The notes below the pieces were generated by a model that saw only the letters and a program-made list of their open reading frames with translations, was not told where the DNA came from and made no database searches. From Anaerolineales bacterium UBA2029 (GTDB lineage: Bacteria; Chloroflexota; Anaerolineae; Aggregatilineales; Aggregatilineaceae): 64,000 nucleotides of DNA. Below, piece after piece: positions 35,757 through 45,423 of this stretch. Position numbers and translations under genes: made by a program. The stretch is from assembly GCA_002332795.1 (NCBI GenBank), contig DDBP01000111.1, positions 10,503 to 74,502 of the forward strand, read 5' to 3'. Numbering within the stretch: the stretch's first letter is position 1; each line of letters starts with the position of its first letter.

Positions 35757-37268
35757 TTGGCCCTGGAGCCTGTCGTGCCGGCGCGCCCGCTGGTCTGGCC
35801 GCCGCTTGTTGAACGCCTGCGTGCTCTCCTACAGGATCAGCCAGATATTTATCTTGTCGGTGGAGTGGTGCGCGATGCGCTGCTCCAGCGGCCTTCTCAC
35901 GATCTCGATTTGGTGACGAATGGTGACGGCTGTGCCGTTGCCAGGGTGATCGCCGACGAACTGGGAGGCGCCTATTACCCGCTCGACATCGAACGTGGCG
36001 TAGGACGGGCGCTGATTCCCTGGGAGCAAGCGACCGTCACGGTTGATGTCGCCCGCATCCGTGGGCCAGACCTGCTTGCCGATCTGTCTCTACGTGATTT
36101 CACCATCAATGCTATGGCGGCCCCCCTGGCAGGCAGCGGGCAGAGCGTGTACGACCCGTTAGGCGGCCTGGCTGATCTTCAGGCGAAAAGACTCCGTCTT
36201 TGCGCACCAGGGGCCATTGCGGACGATCCAGTGCGCAGTCTGCGCGCGGTGCGTTTCAGCCTTGTGTTTGGCCTGTTCATCGAGCCGGAGACACGGGCTG
36301 CGCTGCGCGACAACGTGCACCGCCTGAAAGAATGCTCTGTAGAGCGCATTCGCGACGAGTTCTTTGCGATCTTGCAGGCCCCGCGACCGCAGGCAGGGCT
36401 GGCGGTGCTGCAACAACTCGGCTTGCTCCAACAGATCATCCCGGAAGTCGGGCAACTGGTAGGGGTAGCACAGCCGTCTCCTCATCAATACGACGTGTGG
36501 CGGCATACACTGCTCACTGTGGAGCGCATGTACGAAATCGCGAGCATGTTGGAAGGCCAGCGCCCCAGTGACGACGCCGCCAACGTCCAGCTAGGACTGA
36601 TCGCCTTTGCACTCAGCGGTATGCGAGAACGCCTGGACGAACATCTGAAACAAGTCTGGGCCAACCATCACACACACCGGGGATTGCTGGTGTTGGCTGC
36701 TCTGTTGCATGACATTGGCAAACCCGCTGCCAGGCAGGCGGCAGGCGAAAGACCCAATTTCCACGGGCACGAGCGCGTCGGAGCCACCATAGTCCGTGAT
36801 CGTGCTCGCGCGCTCCGCCTGAGCAACGAAGAAACGGCCCGCCTGGAAACGATTGTGCGCCATCATATGCGCCCTCACTGGCTCTTTGCCAGTCAGCCGC
36901 TGACGCGCCGGGCCGTCTATCGTTTCTGGCGTGACACAGGCGAGGCGGGCATAGATATCTGTCTGCTGGCGCTGGCCGACTACCTGGCGACCTATGGGAT
37001 TATGCTCGACAGTCAGCAGTGGACTTATTACCTGGAACTGGTGCGCGACTTGCTGCAGAGTTACCTGCACCGCCGCGAAACCGACGTAGCTCCTCCGCCG
37101 CTGCTCACCGGGCACGACCTGATCCAGGAATTGCAGTTACGGCCAGGACCACTGGTGGGAGAGTTGGTCGAACGACTGACCGAGGCGCAGGTGATGGGCG
37201 AGATCACTTCCAGAGAAGAGGCGTTGGTCTTCGCCAGGCGTTTCCTTTCAGAAAAGGGACTTCCTTGA
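35757..37268 (+). CDS. cca: CCA-adding enzyme / tRNA nucleotidyltransferase with C-terminal HD domain
   Basis: Motifs: IYLVGGVVRDALLQRPSHDLDLV, RDFTINAMA, AALLHDIGKP. The start is uncertain: TTG 35757 directly abuts the hpt stop, and GTG 35775 is an alternative. Confidence 0.88.
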   Translation: MALEPVVPARPLVWPPLVERLRALLQDQPDIYLVGGVVRDALLQRPSHDLDLVTNGDGCAVARVIADELGGAYYPLDIERGVGRALIPWEQATVTVDVARIRGPDLLADLSLRDFTINAMAAPLAGSGQSVYDPLGGLADLQAKRLRLCAPGAIADDPVRSLRAVRFSLVFGLFIEPETRAALRDNVHRLKECSVERIRDEFFAILQAPRPQAGLAVLQQLGLLQQIIPEVGQLVGVAQPSPHQYDVWRHTLLTVERMYEIASMLEGQRPSDDAANVQLGLIAFALSGMRERLDEHLKQVWANHHTHRGLLVLAALLHDIGKPAARQAAGERPNFHGHERVGATIVRDRARALRLSNEETARLETIVRHHMRPHWLFASQPLTRRAVYRFWRDTGEAGIDICLLALADYLATYGIMLDSQQWTYYLELVRDLLQSYLHRRETDVAPPPLLTGHDLIQELQLRPGPLVGELVERLTEAQVMGEITSREEALVFARRFLSEKGLP

Positions 37269-37279
37269 GGGGGGTGCCC

Positions 37280-37843
37280 CTAGCCAGTCGAGACGCGCTC
37301 AAAGAACCACAGCATGGTCTTGCCGTAGATGCGCGCGTCGTAGGGCTGGAGATGCTGCAGGGAGACCTCCTGGCGCTCGCGGGGATCGATCTGCACGATG
37401 ACGATGCCATCTTCCTGCACGTGCTCAGGATTTTCGTCGAGCAAGAGCAGAGTCTCTTTCCACAGGCCCAGGTATTGGGGGGGCGCAACGTAGATGTATT
37501 CGAAGGGGTCGGGTCGGGGGGTCCGCAGGTAGACGAACACATTGGCCCGCAGCACCTGGGCGCGGTTGGCCAGTCGCGTATGTGCCAGATTCTCGTGAAT
37601 CGTGCGCACGGCAAGCGGGTGATTCTCAACGAAGCGGGCCAGCGCTGCTCCCCGACTCAGCGCCTCGATCCCCACAGAACCTGTGCCCGCGAAGAGATCA
37701 AGAAAGGTGCTGTCTACCACGCCCTGCCCCAGGATATTGAACAGCGCTTCCTTCACGCGATCCATGACAGGGCGGGTTGACGAACCGGGCACCATTTTCA
37801 ATTTGCGGCCCTTCGCCGTTCCGGCGATGACCCGGATGGGCAT
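37280..37843 (-). CDS. rsmD: 16S rRNA (guanine966-N2)-methyltransferase RsmD
   Basis: Motifs: RVIAGTAKGRKLKMVPGSSTRPVMDRVKEALFNIL, FLDLFAGTGSVGIEALSRGA, YIYVAPPQY. Confidence 0.9.
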   Translation of the reverse strand: MPIRVIAGTAKGRKLKMVPGSSTRPVMDRVKEALFNILGQGVVDSTFLDLFAGTGSVGIEALSRGAALARFVENHPLAVRTIHENLAHTRLANRAQVLRANVFVYLRTPRPDPFEYIYVAPPQYLGLWKETLLLLDENPEHVQEDGIVIVQIDPRERQEVSLQHLQPYDARIYGKTMLWFFERVSTG

Positions 37844-37859
37844 GGTACTGCCTCCCGGC

Positions 37860-38852
37860 TCAGCCCTTGCTTTCGACCACTTCGCGGGCAGCGCGGATGT
37901 TCGAGAGGGGGGTCGTGGTCATGATCACGCAGCCGGTCGAAAGAATGAAGCGCCGCCCGAAAGTCTGCTCGATGGCCTCTCGCGCCTGCGTACGTACGTC
38001 TACAGGCGTGCCATTGTGCATGGGATCCCACCGTCCCAGACCACCGCAAACGGCCCCGCCAAAGCGCAACTTGCCCTCGGCCAGCGTCAGGCCCGTCTCC
38101 CGGTCATGCCAGTTGATGGCCTGCACCGGATAATCGGCTACGACGTCGAACATGGGCGCCGATCCATGCAGGTGAACCATGTTGAACCACCACGAATCAG
38201 GCAGGGCCTCCAGGATTTGCAGGTCGTAGGGACGCCCAAACTCGCGGTACTCTGCTTCGCTGATCACGGTGTAGGAAGCATGCTGGATGGCATAGAAAAT
38301 ACCCGCAACACCGCTCCGCCGCATGGCGTCAATGAAACGAAGGGTGCTTTCGGTGATGGTATTCAGCCCGGTCTTCAGGCGATCCGGCGCGGTGCGCATG
38401 TGTTCGATCAGCACTTCTTTGCCAGCCAGGTTTTTGGCCTGCGCCAGGGGGCTGAAGATGGTCTGGATGAAGGGCACTTCTTCGCCAAAGGCTTCTTTGA
38501 GCAGGCGCAACGTCTCCAACTGACGGCCCAACGCGCCGCGCGTCGGGTCGAGCACGCGCAATTCTGTCCAGTCCAGTGAGCGTTGCACGACACGCCGTAC
38601 GTATTCTCGTGTGCCTTCCAGGTGTCCTACCCAGCGATCCTGTACTCCATAGTCCACCAGGCAATAGCTGCTGGCAGGAGTGACTTTGACAAAGTCGAAA
38701 TCCCACTGGCGCTGAAACAGAATGGTTGCTTCAGCCAGATCGCTGGCGCGCTGATCGTCGCCCGGCCAGTGCCGCCACAAGGCGACAGGGACGCGATCGG
38801 TTTCCTCTCCTGCAATGGTCTTTTCCAGGCGCTCGCGTTTGCTGAGGGTCAT
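37860..38852 (-). CDS. uroporphyrinogen decarboxylase (URO-D)-like family protein
   Basis: N-terminus KRERLEKTIAGEETDRVPVALWRHW..., then FNMVHLHG, and C-terminal RFILSTGCVI. Typical of URO-D/MtaA-like proteins. The substrate is unknown. Confidence 0.7.
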   Translation of the reverse strand: MTLSKRERLEKTIAGEETDRVPVALWRHWPGDDQRASDLAEATILFQRQWDFDFVKVTPASSYCLVDYGVQDRWVGHLEGTREYVRRVVQRSLDWTELRVLDPTRGALGRQLETLRLLKEAFGEEVPFIQTIFSPLAQAKNLAGKEVLIEHMRTAPDRLKTGLNTITESTLRFIDAMRRSGVAGIFYAIQHASYTVISEAEYREFGRPYDLQILEALPDSWWFNMVHLHGSAPMFDVVADYPVQAINWHDRETGLTLAEGKLRFGGAVCGGLGRWDPMHNGTPVDVRTQAREAIEQTFGRRFILSTGCVIMTTTPLSNIRAAREVVESKG

Positions 38853-38873
38853 AGGGTATTCGTGCCGTGCAGG

Positions 38874-39185
38874 TCAGTTGAGAAACTCGGCGATCTGATC
38901 GATCTGTTGCCGGGCCATGCGTTGCAACATGAAATAGCGCTCGCGGTCTTCCGGCTCATTCTGTAACGCCTGGGCGGCCAGTTCAGCCACTTTCTCGAAC
39001 GCCTGACGGGCCTTCTCCTTTTCGCCCAGGTGACGATATGACAGGCCAAGGCCCCAGTGCGCGTCAATCTGGTCGGGGGCTTCGGCCAGGATCGTGGTGA
39101 AATGCTCAACGGCGGCCTGTTGCTGACCGGCCCGGTAGGCTCGCCAGGCAGCATCAATCTTTGTCTTGATCTCGTTTTGATCCAT
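38874..39185 (-). CDS. small TPR-repeat protein
   Basis: MDQNEIKTKIDAAWRAYRAGQQQAAVEHFTTILAEAPDQIDAHWGLGLSYRHLGEKEKARQAFEKV. The track ORF extends to 39398 and would overlap the upstream gene. The ATG at 39185 is preferred. Confidence 0.7.
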   Translation of the reverse strand: MDQNEIKTKIDAAWRAYRAGQQQAAVEHFTTILAEAPDQIDAHWGLGLSYRHLGEKEKARQAFEKVAELAAQALQNEPEDRERYFMLQRMARQQIDQIAEFLN

Positions 39186-39291
39186 GTGAGTCTCCGCAGT
39201 CGTGGCCCGCCAGGGCAACACAGCTTGGGGCAGATTCCAGACAGAAGCGAATCTGCAGGGATTATACTGCTCGGCTTCAGGATGGCAAGCG

Positions 39292-41784
39292 TCAGTCAGC
39301 GAGCACACGGAGAGTGATGGGCAGAATCGCCTGCGTGCCCAGGCTGGTACCGCGCCCGTCATAGACGAAGAGAGGCGTGCCCGTTCCACACGGTGCAATG
39401 CTGGTCAGGTTGCACGATTCGAGCCGCACGGCAATCCTGTAGGTGCCTGCGGGCAACGCGCGCGGCAACCGCAGGTAGTAGGAATCGCGCACGTAGGTTC
39501 TCAGCAGCGGCCACCATGTCCAGCGGCTGGTGGGAATACCCGCTGGATGACGATGTTGCACGATGGGCCAGACGGTCGCGCTCTCGTCCGCACCAGATAT
39601 CAGTTCAATCTCGACCTGATAGTCTGGCAAGTCTGGCTGCACGGCGCGCCAATACAGGTGCAGAGCGATTCTGTCACCAGGGTGCAAAGGTTGCGCAGCG
39701 TCCAAATTGAACGCTAACAGATCAATGCCCCCCTGAAAGGCGCGGGGAAAACCGGTTGCGCCCTCGACAACGCCGGGCGGAGATTCTCGCACCGGCCAGC
39801 CAGGTATGAGGGGCATTAGCGCAACGACGAGCGCAACTGACACGCTGAAGCCGCTCAGTACCCATGTGTGCAGCAGCCGTTCTGTGTCTATGGCCAAGAC
39901 TGCCCTGGGCACGGCTTCCAGCAAAGGGGGCTTTCGCCACAGCACAATACCGACCAGAGAAGCGAGCGCGAGGGCAGACATAGCCCATCCGACATCGCGC
40001 GCAGGGGTGCTGCCGAACTCCACTCGTACTTCATGGCGTCCCACAGGGACATCCAGGCTGACGAAACCTGTTTGTGGATCGCGGTGTATGTCTACCTCTC
40101 TGCCATCTACCGTAGCTTTCCAGCCGGGGAAATACAGCAGTGCCAGCACCAGTGTCGCAGGGCGACGGGCATTGACGATCAGCCGCTGCGTTTGAGGCCC
40201 GCTTTCGATGACGTCGGCCTGAGTCGCCGCGGGCAGTCGCTCACGGATCACCCGGTCGGTGAAGCCGCCCTGGTACGAAGCGAGCAACGACGGCAGGGGT
40301 TGTGGCACTGCTGCCAGATCAGACGGCAAAAGCCAGCCGTCCGCAAACGAGCCGGCCAGATACCCGCGCCCTTCGTCGCGCAAGATGTCTGCGACGCTGG
40401 TGGGGGTTCGCGATGTGGGCCAGCGCGGTTCGATCCGCAAAGGCAAAGCGGCCATCAGCAGCAGTCCCCCGAGGACGAGCATGCCAGCGAGTGCAATGCG
40501 TTGCGAGCGCAACTGCTGCAATGATGGGCCTATCTGTGCTGTCACCAGGGCGCACATGGCGCAAATGGCAGGCAACAGATCGCGCGGATAGGCGCTCAGC
40601 CAGGCGGGGACATGCCCCCATAGCGTTTCCGCCAGGGGCGTGACGAGTGCGCAGGTCAGCAGACCAACCAGAACGAAATAGAGCATTTCGCGATGGGCAG
40701 CGGGCATATGCCGGGGCAGGGCTGCCAGGCGTGCTTGCCAGGCTTCCCCCCGGCTGACCCAGGCGGCTGGACCAGGGGTACGACGCCAGTCCTGATAGAA
40801 GCAAACCCCCAGGCTCAGAAAAGCTGTTCCCCACAAGGCAATCCCGATGGCATTGGTAGCCGGTGAATTGGCGGCGCTGAGATCGGGACGCGACGGCGGT
40901 GCCAGCAACCTCGTCAGGGACAACGGTTGCCAGTCCGCCAGTGGCCAGACTATCGCTGCTTGCCAGCGGATCAGGTCGTGTTCCAGGATGGCGGGCAGCA
41001 GATAGAACGAACTGAGCATCAGGCCCAGCAACCAGGCCAGCGCCGCTCTGTACGCAGCGTATGTGGTGCGTCCTGCGGCCCAGCAGTGCCAGATCACCCA
41101 GCCCAACAGCAGCAGGGCCAACCAGATGTTAAGGGGTGCGTGGGACAGCCACAGCGCGGACGTGACCAGGGTGGCGAATACCAGGTCGCGCCGATGGCCG
41201 GTGGTCATCAATACATCATAGCTCCACAGGGCCAGGAGAAATGTGCCAGCGGCCAGCAGCGCCCCTACCCCGCCAGTGGCAAATGACACATCCCACATCA
41301 CCGCAGGGCACAGGCTGTACCCCAGAGCGGCCAGTAGCCCGGCGTAAGTTCCCCAGCGACGCCTGGCAAAGGCGAAGAGCGACACGACTCCCACCATGAT
41401 CCCCAGGGTGATGACTGCCTTGACCGCTGTCGAGGGATCAGACTGCACCAGAGCATGATAGAAGCCGGTCAGCCAGTGCGGTAGCGGGGGGAGGTAGTTC
41501 CACAATGGGGAGCCGTATCCAGAATTGAAGTCAGGGGCCCAGCGAGGATAGATCACCCCGTCCTGGAGACTGTGCGACATTTCGAGCGTTCGCATCAGTT
41601 GCTGCTGCATTTCCAGCGTCGGCGGAAGACCACTGCGTGCCCAGAGTGGTGCGCTCAAGGCGAATGCCAGCAACAACACGCCCAGCCATAGAAAATCGGT
41701 CTCTTTCTGGCCGCTGCGCATCCATTCGGGCAGATCTTCGGGGCGAAGACCTGCAGGCAAAGTCACTGGCCGGCGTCGTTTCAC
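39292..41784 (-). CDS. large polytopic membrane protein, probable GT-C-type (ArnT/PMT/YfhO-like) glycosyltransferase with a C-terminal extracytoplasmic domain
   Basis: 830 aa with at least 12 hydrophobic helices. An early loop reads SLQDGVIYPRWAPDFNSGYGSPLWNYLPPLPHW. The C-terminal soluble part of about 250 aa is beta-rich. The family assignment is by architecture only. Confidence 0.6.
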   Translation of the reverse strand: MKRRRPVTLPAGLRPEDLPEWMRSGQKETDFLWLGVLLLAFALSAPLWARSGLPPTLEMQQQLMRTLEMSHSLQDGVIYPRWAPDFNSGYGSPLWNYLPPLPHWLTGFYHALVQSDPSTAVKAVITLGIMVGVVSLFAFARRRWGTYAGLLAALGYSLCPAVMWDVSFATGGVGALLAAGTFLLALWSYDVLMTTGHRRDLVFATLVTSALWLSHAPLNIWLALLLLGWVIWHCWAAGRTTYAAYRAALAWLLGLMLSSFYLLPAILEHDLIRWQAAIVWPLADWQPLSLTRLLAPPSRPDLSAANSPATNAIGIALWGTAFLSLGVCFYQDWRRTPGPAAWVSRGEAWQARLAALPRHMPAAHREMLYFVLVGLLTCALVTPLAETLWGHVPAWLSAYPRDLLPAICAMCALVTAQIGPSLQQLRSQRIALAGMLVLGGLLLMAALPLRIEPRWPTSRTPTSVADILRDEGRGYLAGSFADGWLLPSDLAAVPQPLPSLLASYQGGFTDRVIRERLPAATQADVIESGPQTQRLIVNARRPATLVLALLYFPGWKATVDGREVDIHRDPQTGFVSLDVPVGRHEVRVEFGSTPARDVGWAMSALALASLVGIVLWRKPPLLEAVPRAVLAIDTERLLHTWVLSGFSVSVALVVALMPLIPGWPVRESPPGVVEGATGFPRAFQGGIDLLAFNLDAAQPLHPGDRIALHLYWRAVQPDLPDYQVEIELISGADESATVWPIVQHRHPAGIPTSRWTWWPLLRTYVRDSYYLRLPRALPAGTYRIAVRLESCNLTSIAPCGTGTPLFVYDGRGTSLGTQAILPITLRVLAD

Positions 41785-41899
41785 AACCCTGCTTCCTCAT
41801 CATCTGGAAAACATTTGCAAGATCGCGCAGGAACGAGCATTATTAAGGTGATCCACTGAATATGGTCCGGCCTGTGAATTGCCGGAGGGCATGTGCCCG

Positions 41900-43144
41900 A
41901 TGTCTTCTTCTCAGGAAACTCTGCTCAACGGCCGCTACCGCCTGCTGGCTCAACAAGGGTCGGGCGGCATGGCGGTTATCTACAAAGCGACGGACCTGGC
42001 ATTGGGCCGTACCGTTGCGGTTAAAATTCTGCGCCCCAGCCTGACCAACGATCCAGAGTTCCTCAAGCGCTTTCGGCAGGAGGCGCGGAACGTTGCCAAC
42101 CTGTCGCACCCCAATATTGTCACTGTCCACGATGTAGGGCAAGATGGCAACACGCACTACATCGTGATGGAATATGTGGATGGAGAAGACCTCAAGAAGC
42201 TGATCCGTGCCAGTGCGCCCTTCTCTATTGACCGCGCTTTGAGCATTGCGATCAAGATTTGTGCGGGAGTCGGCTACGCGCATCGTGCCGGTCTGGTCCA
42301 TGCCGATGTCAAGCCGCAGAACGTGCTGGTCACCGAGAATGACAACGTCAAGGTGACGGACTTTGGCATTGCTCAGGCTCTGACCGCCACCAAGCCCCGC
42401 GACCAGGAACGGCAGCGCGTCGTGTGGGGCAGCCCACACTATTTCTCGCCCGAACAGGCGCAGGGAGAAGCACCTACGCCTGCCTCGGATGTCTACTCCA
42501 TTGGTATCGTCCTGTTCGAAATGCTCACCGGGCGTCTGCCGTTCGTGGGCACTGACCAGCAAGAACTGGCCATGGCCCATATCCGCGAGACGCCCCCCAA
42601 GCCGTCGCAATTCAACCCCAACGTGCCGGAGCATCTGGATCGCATCTTGATGAAAGTGCTCTCCAAGGAGCCGACGGCGCGCTACCGCACAGCCGATCAG
42701 TTGGGGCGTATTTTGCTCAGCTACCGGAGACGGGGACAGATCACCACCGATGTGGTGCCAGAGGTGGGTTCCGAGCCATCATTTCCGGCCACGGCTGCGA
42801 CCATTCCCCCAGAAGCGCCACTCCCTGCACCACGCGCCGCTGCGCCTTCCCCGGTGAGTACGCCGCGTGGGCCGGTCGGCGGGGCACGTTCGGAAGCGCC
42901 GACCTACATCTACTCCGAGGTGCCTGCCCAGAGTCCGCCGACCATGCCAGGAGTACCCTCCGTCGCGCGTCCAGGCTATTCCACACCGGTCCCCCCTGCC
43001 CCTATGATCCAGTCACGCTATCGGGCAGTCGAGGAACCGCCGCAGCTCGATCTGGTCACTCTGGTGCTGGCCTTCATCGCCTTCCTGGCGGTGATGTTGC
43101 TCATCCCCCTGTGGATCGCTGTATATCAGGCCTGGATGGGATGA
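41900..43144 (+). CDS. Hanks-type Ser/Thr protein kinase, tail-anchored (Pro-rich linker plus C-terminal TM, no extracellular sensor domain)
   Basis: Motifs: GRYRLLAQQGSGGMAVIYKA...VAVKIL, HRAGLVHADVKPQNVLV, DFGIA, GSPHYFSPEQA. A Pro/Ala-rich region of about 120 aa follows, then the TM LVTLVLAFIAFLAVMLLIPLWIAVY and 6 residues. The track start is TTG 41879. The ATG at 41900 has GGAGGG 9 nt upstream. Confidence 0.9.
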   Translation: MSSSQETLLNGRYRLLAQQGSGGMAVIYKATDLALGRTVAVKILRPSLTNDPEFLKRFRQEARNVANLSHPNIVTVHDVGQDGNTHYIVMEYVDGEDLKKLIRASAPFSIDRALSIAIKICAGVGYAHRAGLVHADVKPQNVLVTENDNVKVTDFGIAQALTATKPRDQERQRVVWGSPHYFSPEQAQGEAPTPASDVYSIGIVLFEMLTGRLPFVGTDQQELAMAHIRETPPKPSQFNPNVPEHLDRILMKVLSKEPTARYRTADQLGRILLSYRRRGQITTDVVPEVGSEPSFPATAATIPPEAPLPAPRAAAPSPVSTPRGPVGGARSEAPTYIYSEVPAQSPPTMPGVPSVARPGYSTPVPPAPMIQSRYRAVEEPPQLDLVTLVLAFIAFLAVMLLIPLWIAVYQAWMG

Positions 43145-43328
43145 CCGCCAGACTTTCTTATGCAACATTAATTCCGCCAGTGACCAAAAGGCTGGTTTTT
43201 AACTCTCCCTTCCTGTATAATTTTGATTAGGAATTATGCAAATCTGTCATGCGCTGCCGTGCTAACACGCGATCGGTAGCCCAGGCTGTGGAGACAAATC
43301 GGGTTGGGAAACGTGCTGGAGGCAGGGA

Positions 43329-45269
43329 GTGAATAACCGTTCGCGCAATCTCTTCGTGTACATCCTGATTATCGCAGCCATTGCTGCGATAGTCTTTGGG
43401 GTACGCAGCAACAGTTCCGATGCAAAGCAGTTGACCGCGAGCGAGCTGGCGCGCGATATCAACGATGGGCTGGTGCGTTCCATTGAGATCTCGGACGAGG
43501 GCGAGGTGACCGCCACGTACCGCAACAATGAGACGCGCAAGACCCAGATCAACCCTAACACAGATGATCCCGCGGCCTTGCTGGAATCGCTTGGCGCTTC
43601 GCGGGAAATGCTGCAGCAGATTGACTTCGAGTTCACCAAGCCCAGCAACCTCTTCAACTGGATTGGGCTGATCGGCACGTTCTTGCCGCTGCTGCTCATT
43701 GGCGGTTTCATCTACCTGATGCTGCGCCAGGCGCAGGGATCGAACAACCAGGCGCTCTCTTTCGGCAAGAGCCGCGCCCGTATGTTCACGGGCGACCAGC
43801 CCTCAGTGACCTTTGATGACGTGGCGGGCGCTGACGAAGCCAAGGAAGAGCTGCAGGAAGTCGTCGAGTTCCTCAAGGACCCGGAGCGCTTTATTCAGCT
43901 TGGCGCGCGCATCCCCAAGGGGGTGTTGCTGGTAGGCAGCCCCGGCACGGGAAAGACTCTGCTGGCCAAAGCAGTGAGCGGCGAAGCGGGCGTGCCGTTT
44001 TTCAGCATCTCCGGCTCGGAATTCGTCGAGATGTTCGTCGGCGTGGGTGCCAGTCGTGTACGTGACCTGTTCGACCAGGCCAAGCGACACAGTCCGTGCA
44101 TCGTGTTTGTGGATGAAATTGACGCCGTAGGGCGACACCGCGGTGCTGGCCTGGGTGGCAGTCACGATGAGCGCGAGCAGACGCTCAACCAGATTCTGGT
44201 CGAGATGGACGGCTTCGACACGGACACCAACGTGATCATCATGGCTGCCACTAACCGTCCGGATATCCTCGATCCCGCCTTGCTGCGCCCTGGTCGTTTC
44301 GACCGCCGGGTGGTGCTCGACCGGCCCGATATGCGCGGACGCGAGGCTATCCTGAAGGTTCATACGCGCGGCAAACCGCTGGCTTCCGACGTTGACCTGA
44401 CCGTGCTGGCCAAGTCCACGCCCGGCTTTGTCGGTGCCGACCTGGAAAACCTGGTCAACGAGGCTGCCATCGTGGCGGCCCGCAAAAACAAGAAGAGCAT
44501 CAGCATGCGCGACTTCGAGGAAGCCATCGAGCGCGTAGTGTTGGGGCCTGAGCGTCGCAGCCGGATCATCACAGAGGAAGAGAAGCGCCTGATCGCCTAC
44601 CACGAAGCGGGGCACGCGGTCGTCTTCCACATGCTTCCGAACTGCGATCCTGTGCGCAAAGTCACCATCGTAGCGCGAGGCATGGCCGGGGGCGTGACCT
44701 GGGTGATGCCCGAAAACGACTCGATGCTTGGCACGACGCAGCGTTACATCGATCAAATCACGGGTGCGCTTGGTGGACGTGCGGCTGAGGAGATCGTCTT
44801 CGGGGACGTTACCAATGGCGCTTCGAGTGACCTGGAGAATGTCACTCGCATCGCCCGCACCATGGTCACTCGCTGGGGCATGAGCCGTAAGCTAGGGCCG
44901 CGCGTGTTCGGGCAGAAGGAAGAACTGGTCTTCCTGGGCCGCGAGATTGGCGAACAGCGCGACTACAGCGAGAGCATCGCCGAGCAGATAGACGAAGAAG
45001 TGCACGCCATCGTCTCGCAGGCATATGAGCGTGCGCTGCAGGTGCTGCGCGAGAACCGCGACAAGCTAGAAGCAGTGGCGCAGCGGTTGATGGAAGTCGA
45101 GACGATTGGCCGCGAGGAATTCCTGGCGCTGATGGGCGAGCCGCCCGAAACGCCTGCGCCCGCGCGTCCTAGCGAACCCAGACCGTCCGGTGCGGCTGAA
45201 GCACCCGAAGGCAAGACGGATAGCGAAATGCCCCCGGCGCCGCTGGGAACCGCGCCCTCCCCTGCCTGA
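43329..45269 (+). CDS. ftsH: ATP-dependent zinc metalloprotease FtsH
   Basis: Motifs: [47 protein letters not shown], and the zinc motif HEAGHAV. GTG start with GGAGG upstream. Confidence 0.97.
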   Translation: MNNRSRNLFVYILIIAAIAAIVFGVRSNSSDAKQLTASELARDINDGLVRSIEISDEGEVTATYRNNETRKTQINPNTDDPAALLESLGASREMLQQIDFEFTKPSNLFNWIGLIGTFLPLLLIGGFIYLMLRQAQGSNNQALSFGKSRARMFTGDQPSVTFDDVAGADEAKEELQEVVEFLKDPERFIQLGARIPKGVLLVGSPGTGKTLLAKAVSGEAGVPFFSISGSEFVEMFVGVGASRVRDLFDQAKRHSPCIVFVDEIDAVGRHRGAGLGGSHDEREQTLNQILVEMDGFDTDTNVIIMAATNRPDILDPALLRPGRFDRRVVLDRPDMRGREAILKVHTRGKPLASDVDLTVLAKSTPGFVGADLENLVNEAAIVAARKNKKSISMRDFEEAIERVVLGPERRSRIITEEEKRLIAYHEAGHAVVFHMLPNCDPVRKVTIVARGMAGGVTWVMPENDSMLGTTQRYIDQITGALGGRAAEEIVFGDVTNGASSDLENVTRIARTMVTRWGMSRKLGPRVFGQKEELVFLGREIGEQRDYSESIAEQIDEEVHAIVSQAYERALQVLRENRDKLEAVAQRLMEVETIGREEFLALMGEPPETPAPARPSEPRPSGAAEAPEGKTDSEMPPAPLGTAPSPA

Positions 45270-45290
45270 CATCCCTGATGCTCGTTACAC

Positions 45291-45320
45291 AGCCCCCGCG
45301 TCTGGCGGGGGCTGTCTCTT
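45291..45320 (+). terminator. rho-independent terminator after ftsH
   Basis: AGCCCCCGC-gtctg-GCGGGGGCT followed by GTCTCTTTG. Confidence 0.65.
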
Positions 45321-45423
45321 TGAGATAGCCTCGCTTTTGCCAGAGACTGGCTGCGTGTACAATGCCTCTGCAAGTCAAGTAGCGTTGAGATCGCGCTGAT
45401 CGGAATCGGCGCGGGAGGCCCTG

